Of a stretch of DNA of 64,000 bases, positions 9,822-18,827 are shown piece after piece; positions within the stretch are counted from its first letter, which is position 1, and every line of letters begins with the position of its first letter. The position numbers were made by a program, and so were the translations under genes. The notes beneath the pieces were generated by a model. The model was not told the DNA's origin, did no database searches, and saw nothing but the letters and a program-made list of their open reading frames with translations. Source of the DNA: Bacteroidetes bacterium GWF2_38_335 (lineage in GTDB: Bacteria > Bacteroidota > Bacteroidia > Bacteroidales > GWF2-38-335); NCBI GenBank assembly GCA_001769535.1, contig MEOH01000027.1:32553-96552 (forward strand), in the 5' to 3' direction.

Positions 9822-10420
9822 AATTTATTGACAGCAACAACAAACTAAACGATTTTTTAAATTCCGAAAAAAAAACAATCGAAATCGGATGTGGCAATAT
9901 CAGAGTTTTTGAAAACTCATTAACCCTTGATATCATTGAAGGAGAAAATGTTGATATTGTATGCGATATTGAAAACGGACTTCCTTTTATTCCCGATAAT
10001 TCAATTGACGTTGTTTACTCAAGCCATGTATTGGAGCACCTTACCAAGTTTGAATTTTGCATGGCCGAAATATCCAGGGTATTAAAAAAAGGAGGTATGC
10101 AAATTTGCAAAGTTCCTCATTTTACAAATCCATATTTTTATAGCGATTATACCCATAAAAGGACTTTTGGGATATATTCATTTTCATATTTTTCAAATAC
10201 GCCTTACTTTAAAAGGGGTGTGCCAAAATACAATTCAATCCATTTTAAAATAAAAAAAGTAAAAATTGTTTTTTATTCTCATTATTGGGTTTTGAATGTA
10301 TTCAATAAACTGTTTCAATTCTTGTTCAATTCTTGTCGTTTTACACAGGAATTTTATGAGGCCTATTTTTTTAAGTTTATTTCAGCCTATGAAATTCGTT
10401 TTGAATTAGAAAAAGAATAG
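9812..10420 (+). CDS. Class I SAM-dependent methyltransferase (Methyltransf_11-like)
   Basis: 202 aa. IEIGCGN (motif I) and DVVYSSHVLEHL...VLKKGG. Start overlaps the flippase stop (ATG 9812, TGA 9819-9821). Confidence 0.7.
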   Translation: MDLKFIDSNNKLNDFLNSEKKTIEIGCGNIRVFENSLTLDIIEGENVDIVCDIENGLPFIPDNSIDVVYSSHVLEHLTKFEFCMAEISRVLKKGGMQICKVPHFTNPYFYSDYTHKRTFGIYSFSYFSNTPYFKRGVPKYNSIHFKIKKVKIVFYSHYWVLNVFNKLFQFLFNSCRFTQEFYEAYFFKFISAYEIRFELEKE

Positions 10421-10422
10421 CT

Positions 10423-11241
10423 ATGGTAAGTTTGATCACGGTTAATTATAATTGCGAAGATGAAATAGATAAATTAATCTCAAGTACTATTTCTTATTTA
10501 AAAATACCCTACGAGCTGATTATTGTTGACAATAATTCTGAAAAAAACAAATACCATTCTTTCAAATCAAAATATAGTAATATTGAGAATATAAAATTTA
10601 TTGATTTAGATGCCAATTATGGTTTTGCCGAAGCAAATAATAGAGGAAGTGATGCAGCCAAATATAATATTTTGCATTTTATAAATCCCGACATCCTGTT
10701 TAATGAACAGGCAAATCAATTATATTATGAACTTGAAAAGTTTAGTTTGAATAATCAAATCTTTGTTAATCCTTTGATTGAAAACGACGGAAAATATATG
10801 TCTTTAGGCTTTGCAATACCAACCGTTAAAAATTATTTGAAAAAAATATTTAAAATTAAAGGCGTCAAAAAATGGTATATCGGCGCCAGCATTGTTCTTG
10901 ATAAAAGAACTTTCGGAAAAATAAATAAATGGTCAAACGATTATTTTATGTATTCCGAAGATCTTGATCTGTTTTACAAATCGCATTTAATGAAAATTGA
11001 AATTATTGAATTAAACACTCCCTTATTTCATATAGGCAAGGCAAGTAGTTCCAAAGTATGGACAAACTATCAAAGAGCCAAAATCATCGAAAATTCATTA
11101 AAGCTATTTTATAAAAAATACAATATTTCCTATCAATATTATTTAATCAGAATACCTCAATTAATATATTTACTTTTAACCGATTATAAGAATTTTAAGA
11201 TTTCATTTAATGCCGTTTTCAATTCATCACCCAAAAAGTAA
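10423..11241 (+). CDS. Glycosyltransferase family 2
   Basis: 272 aa. SLITVNYNCEDEI, IIVDNNS, GFAEANNRG and YSEDLDL (GT2 signature regions). Confidence 0.8.
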   Translation: MVSLITVNYNCEDEIDKLISSTISYLKIPYELIIVDNNSEKNKYHSFKSKYSNIENIKFIDLDANYGFAEANNRGSDAAKYNILHFINPDILFNEQANQLYYELEKFSLNNQIFVNPLIENDGKYMSLGFAIPTVKNYLKKIFKIKGVKKWYIGASIVLDKRTFGKINKWSNDYFMYSEDLDLFYKSHLMKIEIIELNTPLFHIGKASSSKVWTNYQRAKIIENSLKLFYKKYNISYQYYLIRIPQLIYLLLTDYKNFKISFNAVFNSSPKK

Positions 11242-11243
11242 AC

Positions 11244-12566
11244 ATGCTTAATCGCTTACTTAAATATAAAAGTCTTTTTCTTCTCCTTTTTATTGCATCA
11301 ATAATAATCGGAGTTGCAATAAGTTATAAGCAATTATATCTATTTCATGTAATTGCAATTGCTTCACTATTTTTTATTTTTTCAAAAAATGACCATTTAG
11401 AAAATATTAAAAATAAATATCTGATTATTTTCATTGTTACAGCTTTATGGTATCTCTTTTCAATTTTATGGGCACCAATTTTTTCTGAAGCAATAAAGCA
11501 CTCATTTTATATATTAACAGGTACTTATATAGTTTTTTATTTGACAGTAAGCATAAAAAAAGAACAGGAACTTACATCAATTTTTAAAGTAGCTTCATAT
11601 CTGGTATTAATTGAAATAGTTATTTGCTTAATTGAAATATTTACCCCGTTTCGGTTGCCGGTATCCCCTTTCTCAGAATATGCCGAATTATTTGGTAGAA
11701 GCTCAATAACAGGCACAACTGCATTCGAGCAACTTTCCCTGGAAACTTCTCCAACCGGATTTCATTGGAATCCCAATAATTTAGCACTGTTTATGCTGAT
11801 GGTCTTTCCCTTCTTTTTAATGATTGCAAAAAACACCTTTATTAAGTATTTTGGGATATTATCTATAATTCTTATAATATTTGCAACCAGTTCTAAAAGC
11901 GCTTTTATCGGCATCATTTTAATAATTACAGTATATGCCATAATTAAGCGAAAATGGTTAAGTTATCTTACATTACTGCTTATTTATTCATCCATTTTTA
12001 TAATAATTTTAAACAGATCAAAATTAACCGAACATCCCATTACAAGCAAATTAACAGAAACTACCGAGTATTTTACCATAGCGTATAAACCAATATTTAA
12101 TTTGTTGGATATTAAAATAGATGATGTCGAAATAACCGGGGAAAATTCTAATGGAATGAGATTGATTTTAATAAAAAACGGATTAAAACTTTTTTCTGAA
12201 ACTTATGGATTGGGTGCAGGCGCAGGTGGTTCTATTTATGCACAGCAAAGGGAAAATTACAAAACTGAAAGCCTTCATAATTTTTGGCTGGAAATTTTAA
12301 TTGATGGGGGCGTTTTGATATTTTCATTATTCATTTATATGTACATTAGTATATTCCTTTGTTTTTCCAAAATCTATAAATCAACAAATAAAACGAGTAT
12401 CATAAATTATCTGACAAAATCCTTTATTTTACTATTTATAGGGTTTCCTATTGGGGCGCTGGGTCCCAGTTCCTTAATATACTTCCTTCCAATGTATGCA
12501 ATGTTTGGAATAGCTGTTTCTATTATAAACATTCACAAATCAAACGAGAATGCCCTTATTGTTTGA
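11244..12566 (+). CDS. Second O-antigen ligase/polymerase-like (Wzy_C family) membrane protein
   Basis: 440 aa polytopic protein. Loop contains GMRLILIKNGLKLFSETYGLGAGAGGS...SLHNFWLEILIDGG, similar in logic to 7104..8324. Confidence 0.7.
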   Translation: MLNRLLKYKSLFLLLFIASIIIGVAISYKQLYLFHVIAIASLFFIFSKNDHLENIKNKYLIIFIVTALWYLFSILWAPIFSEAIKHSFYILTGTYIVFYLTVSIKKEQELTSIFKVASYLVLIEIVICLIEIFTPFRLPVSPFSEYAELFGRSSITGTTAFEQLSLETSPTGFHWNPNNLALFMLMVFPFFLMIAKNTFIKYFGILSIILIIFATSSKSAFIGIILIITVYAIIKRKWLSYLTLLLIYSSIFIIILNRSKLTEHPITSKLTETTEYFTIAYKPIFNLLDIKIDDVEITGENSNGMRLILIKNGLKLFSETYGLGAGAGGSIYAQQRENYKTESLHNFWLEILIDGGVLIFSLFIYMYISIFLCFSKIYKSTNKTSIINYLTKSFILLFIGFPIGALGPSSLIYFLPMYAMFGIAVSIINIHKSNENALIV

Positions 12567-12815
12567 GATAACGGGAAGTAAACTACCACCGTTGAAGTCG
12601 GTGACTTTAAAATAATATACAATTCTTTTAAAAAAAAAGGAACATTGAACAAGGAACATCGATATTCGATTCTAGAAGTTTTTAAGTTCCTAAATCTAAA
12701 ATCAGTATTCCCCTGATTAAAATTACAGGCAGGCTTTGTTCTTAAATCAAAATCATTTTATGGTTATGCGCTTATTACATAACCAACTTCTTAGAAGGTG
12801 GATTTTTGATTTTTA

Positions 12816-13211
12816 TTAAAACTTAATTTCCCCGATTTTTTTCAGTCTGCCAGTGTCGGTGAGATCCATGCCCGGAATGGATATTTCGTATGTGCAGCTG
12901 CTTTCTTTAAGTTTTGTAATTTTAAACTTGAAATTTTTTCCCAGCATCCATTCCTCATTTTTATTTGTGGTTCGGTATAACTGCAGCCGGCATTCGCAAC
13001 CGCTGATCCATTTTACCTTGTAATACGATACGGTTTTTTCGGCCTTATCCCATTCAATCTGAAAATGTTCTGAGCGAAGAATCAAAACATCTTTATCGTC
13101 TTCCACAATGAATTTTCCTGTGTGAAAATCCTTGCAAGTACTGGTTTTTTGAGAAAAACCAAGTGAAACTGAAAGGGTAAAAAGCGTAATTATTAATAAT
13201 TTTCCGGACAT
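12816..13211 (-). CDS. Small secreted hypothetical protein
   Basis: 131 aa with signal peptide MSGKLLIITLFTLSVSLGFSQ and 4 Cys. No family recognised. Confidence 0.55.
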   Translation of the reverse strand: MSGKLLIITLFTLSVSLGFSQKTSTCKDFHTGKFIVEDDKDVLILRSEHFQIEWDKAEKTVSYYKVKWISGCECRLQLYRTTNKNEEWMLGKNFKFKITKLKESSCTYEISIPGMDLTDTGRLKKIGEIKF

Positions 13212-13309
13212 TTTGGTTGCATAAAATTTGAATAAAGATATAAAATTACCTTAGAGTCAAAAAAAAAATCGAAAATAATGTAATTAAACGGGTTTATCTG
13301 ATATTAAAC

Positions 13310-16300
13310 TCAAATGCCGCCGGAAGGGGAAAACACAATAAGTTTCTGAATAGCTCCGGTAATATTTCTGGTGTCTTCGAAGATTATGGCCAGTTTATCT
13401 TTTTGTTCTTTCATCTGGCAATATCTCGGATGTGTCTGCAAATAGGATAGAATCCCGTTAAAAGTTTCGGATTTGTAAAAAGCTGCATTTTGGTCAGTAA
13501 TAAAATAGCAGACCATCTTATTGTTTTTCAGAATTATCTTTTCAATGCCCAGTGAAAGTGCAAGCCAACGGAATTCCACCACATTCATGAGTTCTCTTAC
13601 TGGAACCGGAGGCTCTCCGAAACGATCGGTAAGGTTTCTTTCAAATTCATCCAGTCCGGCCTTATCGGTAATTGTATCCAATTGCCTGTAAAGCTTGATC
13701 CTTTCGGAGATGCTTTCAATATAATATTCGGGCAGCAGTATCTCCAGATCGGTTTCCATCTGGCAATCCTGAGAGAATACTCTTGGCATGGCTTTGCCGA
13801 AGGTTTCGGTTTCTCTTTCTGCAAATATTTCTTTGAATTCATCTTCCCTCAGCTCCTGCACCGCTTCGTTGAGAATTTTCTGGTAAGTTTCAAAACCTAT
13901 GTCTGCAATGAACCCGCTTTGTTCCGCTCCCAGCAGGTTTCCTGCTCCGCGTATATCCAAATCCTGCAAAGCAATATTGAACCCGCTTCCAAGTTCTGAA
14001 AACTCTTCAATGGCTTTTAGGCGGCGGCGCGCTTCCGGAGTGAGGATTGTTGGCGGGGGAGCCAGCAGGTAACAGAATGCCTTTTTGTTCGACCGTCCAA
14101 CCCGGCCACGAAGCTGATGCAAATCGCTCAGCCCAAAATTATTTGCCATGTTGATGATGATGGTATTGGCATTGGGAATATCCAGACCGTTTTCAATGAT
14201 CGAAGTGGCAATGAGCACATCATAATCGCCCTGAATAAAATCAAGCATGATGTTTTCGAGCTTGTCGCCCTCCATCTGACCGTGTCCGACAATGGTTTTC
14301 ACTTTAGGGCACAGCCTGTTGATTAACGTTTCAATTTCAAAAATACTACTGATCCTGTTGTTGATAAAGAAAACCTGTCCGCCCCGGCTTACTTCATATT
14401 CAATAGCCTCCCGTATAATATCTTCATTAAATGTATGCAATTCGGTTACGATGGGATGTCTGTTTGGCGGCGGTGTAGTGATGATGGATAAATCCCTGGC
14501 TCCCATTAGGGAAAATTGCAGGGTACGCGGAATGGGCGTGGCGGTAAGGGTTAGGGTATCCACATTTACCTTTATCTGTTTAAGTTTTTCTTTTACACCC
14601 ACACCAAACTTTTGTTCCTCGTCGATGACCAGCAATCCAAGGTCTTTGAATTTTACCTCTTTGCCAACAATTTTGTGGGTACCGATCAATACATCCACTT
14701 TGCCTTCTTCGAGTTCCCTGAGCACTTCCCTGATTTTGGTCACTGACCTTAAACGGCTCACATATTCAACCTTGCAGGGGAAATTTTTAAAACGGTCTTT
14801 GAAAGTGTTGTAGTGCTGGAGGGCTAAAATGGTTGTTGGAACCAGCACTGCCACCTGTTTGCTGTCTGCTACAGCTTTGAAAGCCGCACGCATGGCTACT
14901 TCGGTTTTTCCGAATCCCACATCTCCGCATATCAGGCGGTCCATGGACAAATCCGACTCCATGTCCTGTTTGGTGGCAATGGTAGCTTTCAACTGATCGG
15001 GCGTGTCTTCGTACAAAAATGAAGCCTCAAGTTCTTTTTGGAGGTAGGTGTCCGGACTGAATTGAAACCCTTTGTTTTCCTTGCGTTTGGCGTACAACAG
15101 GATGAGGTCACGGGCAATATCCTTGACTTTTGATTTGGTACGTTCCTTGAGCTTTTGCCAGGCACCGGTTCCCAGTTTATACACTTTTGGCGGGTCGCCC
15201 TCCTTGCCTTTGTATTTTGAAATCCGGTGCAGCGAGTGGATGCTCACATAAAGAATGTCATTATCCTTGTAAACCAAGCGAATGGCTTCCTGTTTTTTTC
15301 CGTTGATATCAACTTTTTCCAGTCCGCCAAACCTTCCAATGCCATGGTCAACATGCACCACATAATCACCCGGGTGCAGGTTAGTTATTTCACTCAGGGT
15401 GATGCTGTCGCGGCGCGAGAAATTGTCTTTCAGTTTGTAGCGGTGGTAGCGGTCGAAAATCTGGTGATCGGTATAGCAGCAAATTTTAAGGTCATGATCA
15501 ATGAAGCCTTCGTGCAATACTTTTGGAACCGGAGTAAATGGCAGGTCATAGCCTTTGTCACTGAAAATATCCCTCAGGCGTTGAATTTGCTTTTCGCTTT
15601 CAGAAAGAATAAAAACCGCGTACCCCTGATCTTCGCGCACCAATAAATCATCGATTAGCAGATCAAAATTTTTGCTAAATACCGGCTGGTGTACGGTGTT
15701 GAAATAAAATATTTTGTCGGGTTCGAAAAAACTTTTGGTTCCCGATTCGATAACGCAGAAATTTTTTATTCCTGAAAGAAATTCTTTTTCATCAATCAAT
15801 AGTCCGGATGAATTCTCCTTTCCTCCGGCTGCCTCAAAAAGTTCACCGGTGCGCATAAGGCAAAATTCCATTTCGGGGCACCACACAATGGTTGAGGGAT
15901 TGAGAAAATCAAGAAAAGAGATTCTTGCTGTATTTGACTCCCGTTCCTGGATATTGGGTACAATAGAAATGGAATCATATTTACTTACCGAAAGTTGGGA
16001 ATCCACGTCGAATGAGCGAATGGACTCAACTTCGTCGCCGAAGAAATCGATCCGGTAAGGAAGTTCGTGTGAAAAGGAAAATATGTCAATGATGCCGCCT
16101 CGCACAGCATACTGTCCGGGCTGGTAAACAAAATCGGTACGTTCGAAGTCATATTCCATGAGCACTTCAGTGATAAACTCGATGGAAATGGCAATACCTG
16201 TTTGCAACTGCAGGGTATTCAGCTCAAGTTCTTTTCCGGTAATCACTTTTTCCATCAGTGCTTCGGGATAGGAAATGGTGATAAGGGATTTCCCCTTACC

Positions 16301-16639
16301 GGTCAGTTTGTTAAGAGCTTCGGTGCGGAGGACAATTCCCGATTGATCGGGTCTGTCGTATTGCAGCGATCGTTTGTAAGATGAAGGAAAAAACAGGAGG
16401 TCATTTTCCCCGCACAATCCTGAGAGGTCGGTGTGAAAGTAGGCTGCCGATTCTTTATCAGGAAGAATGGCGAGCACACCAGCGGGGGCGTTATTGAAAA
16501 GCGCAGCAAGGAAAGCAGCCGGTGATGAACCGGAAAGACCTTTGATGTGGGCTTTGCCTGAATTTTTAGAAAAGAATTCAGCCACCTTAGCAAATTCGGG
16601 GTGGTTGTTAAAAATATTATTAAAAACAGCGTTTTCCAT
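13310..16639 (-). CDS. mfd: Transcription-repair coupling factor
   Basis: 1109 aa. Helicase motifs GDVGFGKTEVAMRAAF, VIDEEQKFGV, TATPIPRTL and QLRGRVGRS, plus a CarD-like region (GDYVVHVDHGIG). Confidence 0.97.
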   Translation of the reverse strand: MENAVFNNIFNNHPEFAKVAEFFSKNSGKAHIKGLSGSSPAAFLAALFNNAPAGVLAILPDKESAAYFHTDLSGLCGENDLLFFPSSYKRSLQYDRPDQSGIVLRTEALNKLTGKGKSLITISYPEALMEKVITGKELELNTLQLQTGIAISIEFITEVLMEYDFERTDFVYQPGQYAVRGGIIDIFSFSHELPYRIDFFGDEVESIRSFDVDSQLSVSKYDSISIVPNIQERESNTARISFLDFLNPSTIVWCPEMEFCLMRTGELFEAAGGKENSSGLLIDEKEFLSGIKNFCVIESGTKSFFEPDKIFYFNTVHQPVFSKNFDLLIDDLLVREDQGYAVFILSESEKQIQRLRDIFSDKGYDLPFTPVPKVLHEGFIDHDLKICCYTDHQIFDRYHRYKLKDNFSRRDSITLSEITNLHPGDYVVHVDHGIGRFGGLEKVDINGKKQEAIRLVYKDNDILYVSIHSLHRISKYKGKEGDPPKVYKLGTGAWQKLKERTKSKVKDIARDLILLYAKRKENKGFQFSPDTYLQKELEASFLYEDTPDQLKATIATKQDMESDLSMDRLICGDVGFGKTEVAMRAAFKAVADSKQVAVLVPTTILALQHYNTFKDRFKNFPCKVEYVSRLRSVTKIREVLRELEEGKVDVLIGTHKIVGKEVKFKDLGLLVIDEEQKFGVGVKEKLKQIKVNVDTLTLTATPIPRTLQFSLMGARDLSIITTPPPNRHPIVTELHTFNEDIIREAIEYEVSRGGQVFFINNRISSIFEIETLINRLCPKVKTIVGHGQMEGDKLENIMLDFIQGDYDVLIATSIIENGLDIPNANTIIINMANNFGLSDLHQLRGRVGRSNKKAFCYLLAPPPTILTPEARRRLKAIEEFSELGSGFNIALQDLDIRGAGNLLGAEQSGFIADIGFETYQKILNEAVQELREDEFKEIFAERETETFGKAMPRVFSQDCQMETDLEILLPEYYIESISERIKLYRQLDTITDKAGLDEFERNLTDRFGEPPVPVRELMNVVEFRWLALSLGIEKIILKNNKMVCYFITDQNAAFYKSETFNGILSYLQTHPRYCQMKEQKDKLAIIFEDTRNITGAIQKLIVFSPSGGI

Positions 16640-16749
16640 AAATCGAGGACAAAGGTAGGGATTTTAGGGGGAAATTGGCAAACAGTTGGGTTTTGAATTT
16701 ATACTGATGATAATGCGGACTTATTAACCTGTTTGCAGAGCGGGTAAAC

Positions 16750-17001
16750 ATTTTTTGGCGCAAATACCCCTTGATGTGCCGCAAATAGAACTTACATTGC
16801 CGCGATTCACAATTACATTGCCGGAATTAAATAATACATTGGCGCAATTCATACTTACATTGTCGCTATCAATATTTACATTGCAGCATTCAATAATTAC
16901 ATTGGCGGAATTAATAAATACATAAGCGCATCTCAGTATTACATTGCCGCAGTTCACAATTACATTGCAGTAATTAACATTTACATTGGTTTAATGAAAC
17001 A
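16750..17001. repeat. 12-copy tandem repeat, strict 21-bp period, core TTACATTG(C/G)
   Basis: Core starts at 16792, 16813, 16834, 16855, 16876, 16897, 16918, 16939, 16960 and 16981, always 21 bp apart. Two more degenerate in-phase copies lie at 16750 and 16771. Outside the core the units are strongly diverged. Confidence 0.9.
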
Positions 17002-17133
17002 TTGATGCGTAATATTTAACTTTTTCAGGCACTGAGAAGTTATTTGCCGGTTAATGAAGAAAAAACATGGGGAAGAAAAGTTTTTTCTTAAATTTGAATG
17101 ATTAATAGACAAACTGATTATACAAGTTATTTA

Positions 17134-17713
17134 ATGAAGCAGACAATATTGAATATACTGATAATAATTATTTTTACTGGTTGTATTCATGAATCAGAAA
17201 ATAAAACTATTAATTCGAGCAAAAAAGAAATTCCTAATGCATTTATTGGAAATTGGGAGTCTTTAGAAAGAGATTACCCATATAAATCACATTTAATAAT
17301 TAATAGTGACAAAACATTTCATTTTGAATATGTTGCATGTTTTTTCAAGTGGTTTTTCAAATGGGAAATGGCAAATGAAAGACAGTTTAATAGTATTAAA
17401 TAGCTGTAAAATTGATTCATGTATGCATTTATTACATTTTGGACAAGACTGCATTTTAATTGACGAAAATGATACATCAGAACATATAATTGAAAAAACT
17501 ATTTCTGATTGTAATCCCAAAAACGGAACTGATTATATAGAATTTGACAATGAAGAATTCTATATTGATAATGATACCTTGAAACACAAAGTAAAAAAGG
17601 TTAAACTTTGCCCTGAAATTAGAAATGATTTTTTTAGGACAATAAAAGATACAGACGTCAATCGAGTAGTTGATCCCGCAAGCAAAGCCGTCGGGGTGCG
17701 CCTTTGCTATTAG
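17134..17713 (+). pseudogene. Lipoprotein gene disrupted by a +1 frameshift at a T6 run (or a sequencing/phase-variable homopolymer)
   Basis: ORFs 17098..17403 and 17306..17713 overlap in adjacent frames. Signal/lipobox MKQTILNILIIIIFTGC. Removing one T from TTTTTT at 17340-17345 joins ...FHFEYVACF to SSGFSNGKWQMKDSLIVLNS... as one roughly 190-aa protein. Confidence 0.6.
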
Positions 17714-17815
17714 TCGGGCAAGTCTCACACCATAGTACAACCATTCAGCGGTTCATTTAAAATTTTAATCGTATTTGTTTAGAGGTTATACAATCAAGAG
17801 ACAGAGTCAATCCAA

Positions 17816-18754
17816 TTACTTTTTCTTCTGCTCCAGGTAAGTTTTAATATGCCTGTCTTTTTTCTGGGGGTAGATATCCGAAATGGTAATTAGTATTCCG
17901 GTTTCCTCCACATCACCAAAATGGTCGTTGAGTGAAGTGCCGAAGGTAACCATGGTGGGTGAAGTGTTGATATAGGTGTTGATGAGCGGGGGAATGTTTT
18001 CGCCCAGTGACCGGACTTTCTGAGAAAGAATTTTAAAATCTTCCTGGAAACTTTTTGAATGTAAGATGGCTTCCAGTTCCTTTTCATCGTGGTGGAAAGG
18101 CAGTGGTTTTATGGGAACGATAAGGTTGTTTTTATCTCCCATGTGTTTTTTGAAGAAATAGAGAATCAGGTCGCGACCAAGCTTGTTATAGGAAAGATAC
18201 ATGGTCACCTTGCCGAAAAAATATTTCATATCAGGGTAATCGGCTACCAATACTCCGAGTCCGTCCCACAGATTATCCAAAGCAAACATTCCGCGTCGTG
18301 AGGCAGAGGTTGCCTGATATGCAGGTTGAACAAACGACCTGCCCAGCTCAATGGTAGAGGGAAGAAAATCCTTCTCAAATTCTTCAGAAAGCTTCAGCAA
18401 ACCGGTAGTGGCAAGTTTGTATGAGCCATCAGGGTTGCGGCTGAGGTTATCACATAAAATATATCTGTAACCGCCCAAAATTTCCTTGTTGTCGGGGTCC
18501 CATACAATAAGTTGCTGGTATGGGTTTTCCATGGTGTCGTACTCGTCAATATCGGCATCTTTGCCGGTTCCTCCGCCCGCTGCCCGGAATGTGAGCTCAC
18601 GCAACCGGCCAATCTCAAGCATGACATTAGGGGAATTGTGGTGATCAATCTTATAAATGACATTTCCTCCATAATTGGTAGTCCGCATGAACTTATCTTC
18701 CGTAAGTTCCTTTTCAAGGACATCTTTTGGTATGGGAGAAATAATATCTTTCAT
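17816..18754 (-). CDS. GNAT-family N-acyltransferase of the OlsB/GlsB type (N-acyl amino-acid lipid synthesis)
   Basis: 312 aa. IGRLRELTFRAAGGGTGKDADIDEYD...YQQLIVWD is typical of the hemolysin-like/OlsB-like N-acyltransferase family. Paired with an acyltransferase gene immediately upstream. Confidence 0.75.
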   Translation of the reverse strand: MKDIISPIPKDVLEKELTEDKFMRTTNYGGNVIYKIDHHNSPNVMLEIGRLRELTFRAAGGGTGKDADIDEYDTMENPYQQLIVWDPDNKEILGGYRYILCDNLSRNPDGSYKLATTGLLKLSEEFEKDFLPSTIELGRSFVQPAYQATSASRRGMFALDNLWDGLGVLVADYPDMKYFFGKVTMYLSYNKLGRDLILYFFKKHMGDKNNLIVPIKPLPFHHDEKELEAILHSKSFQEDFKILSQKVRSLGENIPPLINTYINTSPTMVTFGTSLNDHFGDVEETGILITISDIYPQKKDRHIKTYLEQKKK

Positions 18755-18827
18755 TAATGAGTTCTTACAGGCGGTAAAAGTATAAAATTTGTTTGAAGTT
18801 CGAACCTTAAAAGCGAAATTTAGTTGA

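Noticed and set aside
16724-16957. 77-aa ORF (minus strand) with Cys/Asn-rich heptads NCGNVIL/NSANVII as a real repeat protein or peptide
   Set aside because: It has only a GTG start, no recognisable promoter context of its own, and ends in non-repeat sequence. The open frame is the expected by-product of a 21-bp (7-codon) repeat lacking stop triplets. It is kept only as a caveat in the tandem-repeat finding.
16750-17001. CRISPR array
   Set aside because: The period is only 21 bp, with an 8-9 nt conserved core and 12-13 nt degenerate remainder. There are no repeat/unique-spacer alternations of CRISPR size, and no cas genes are nearby.
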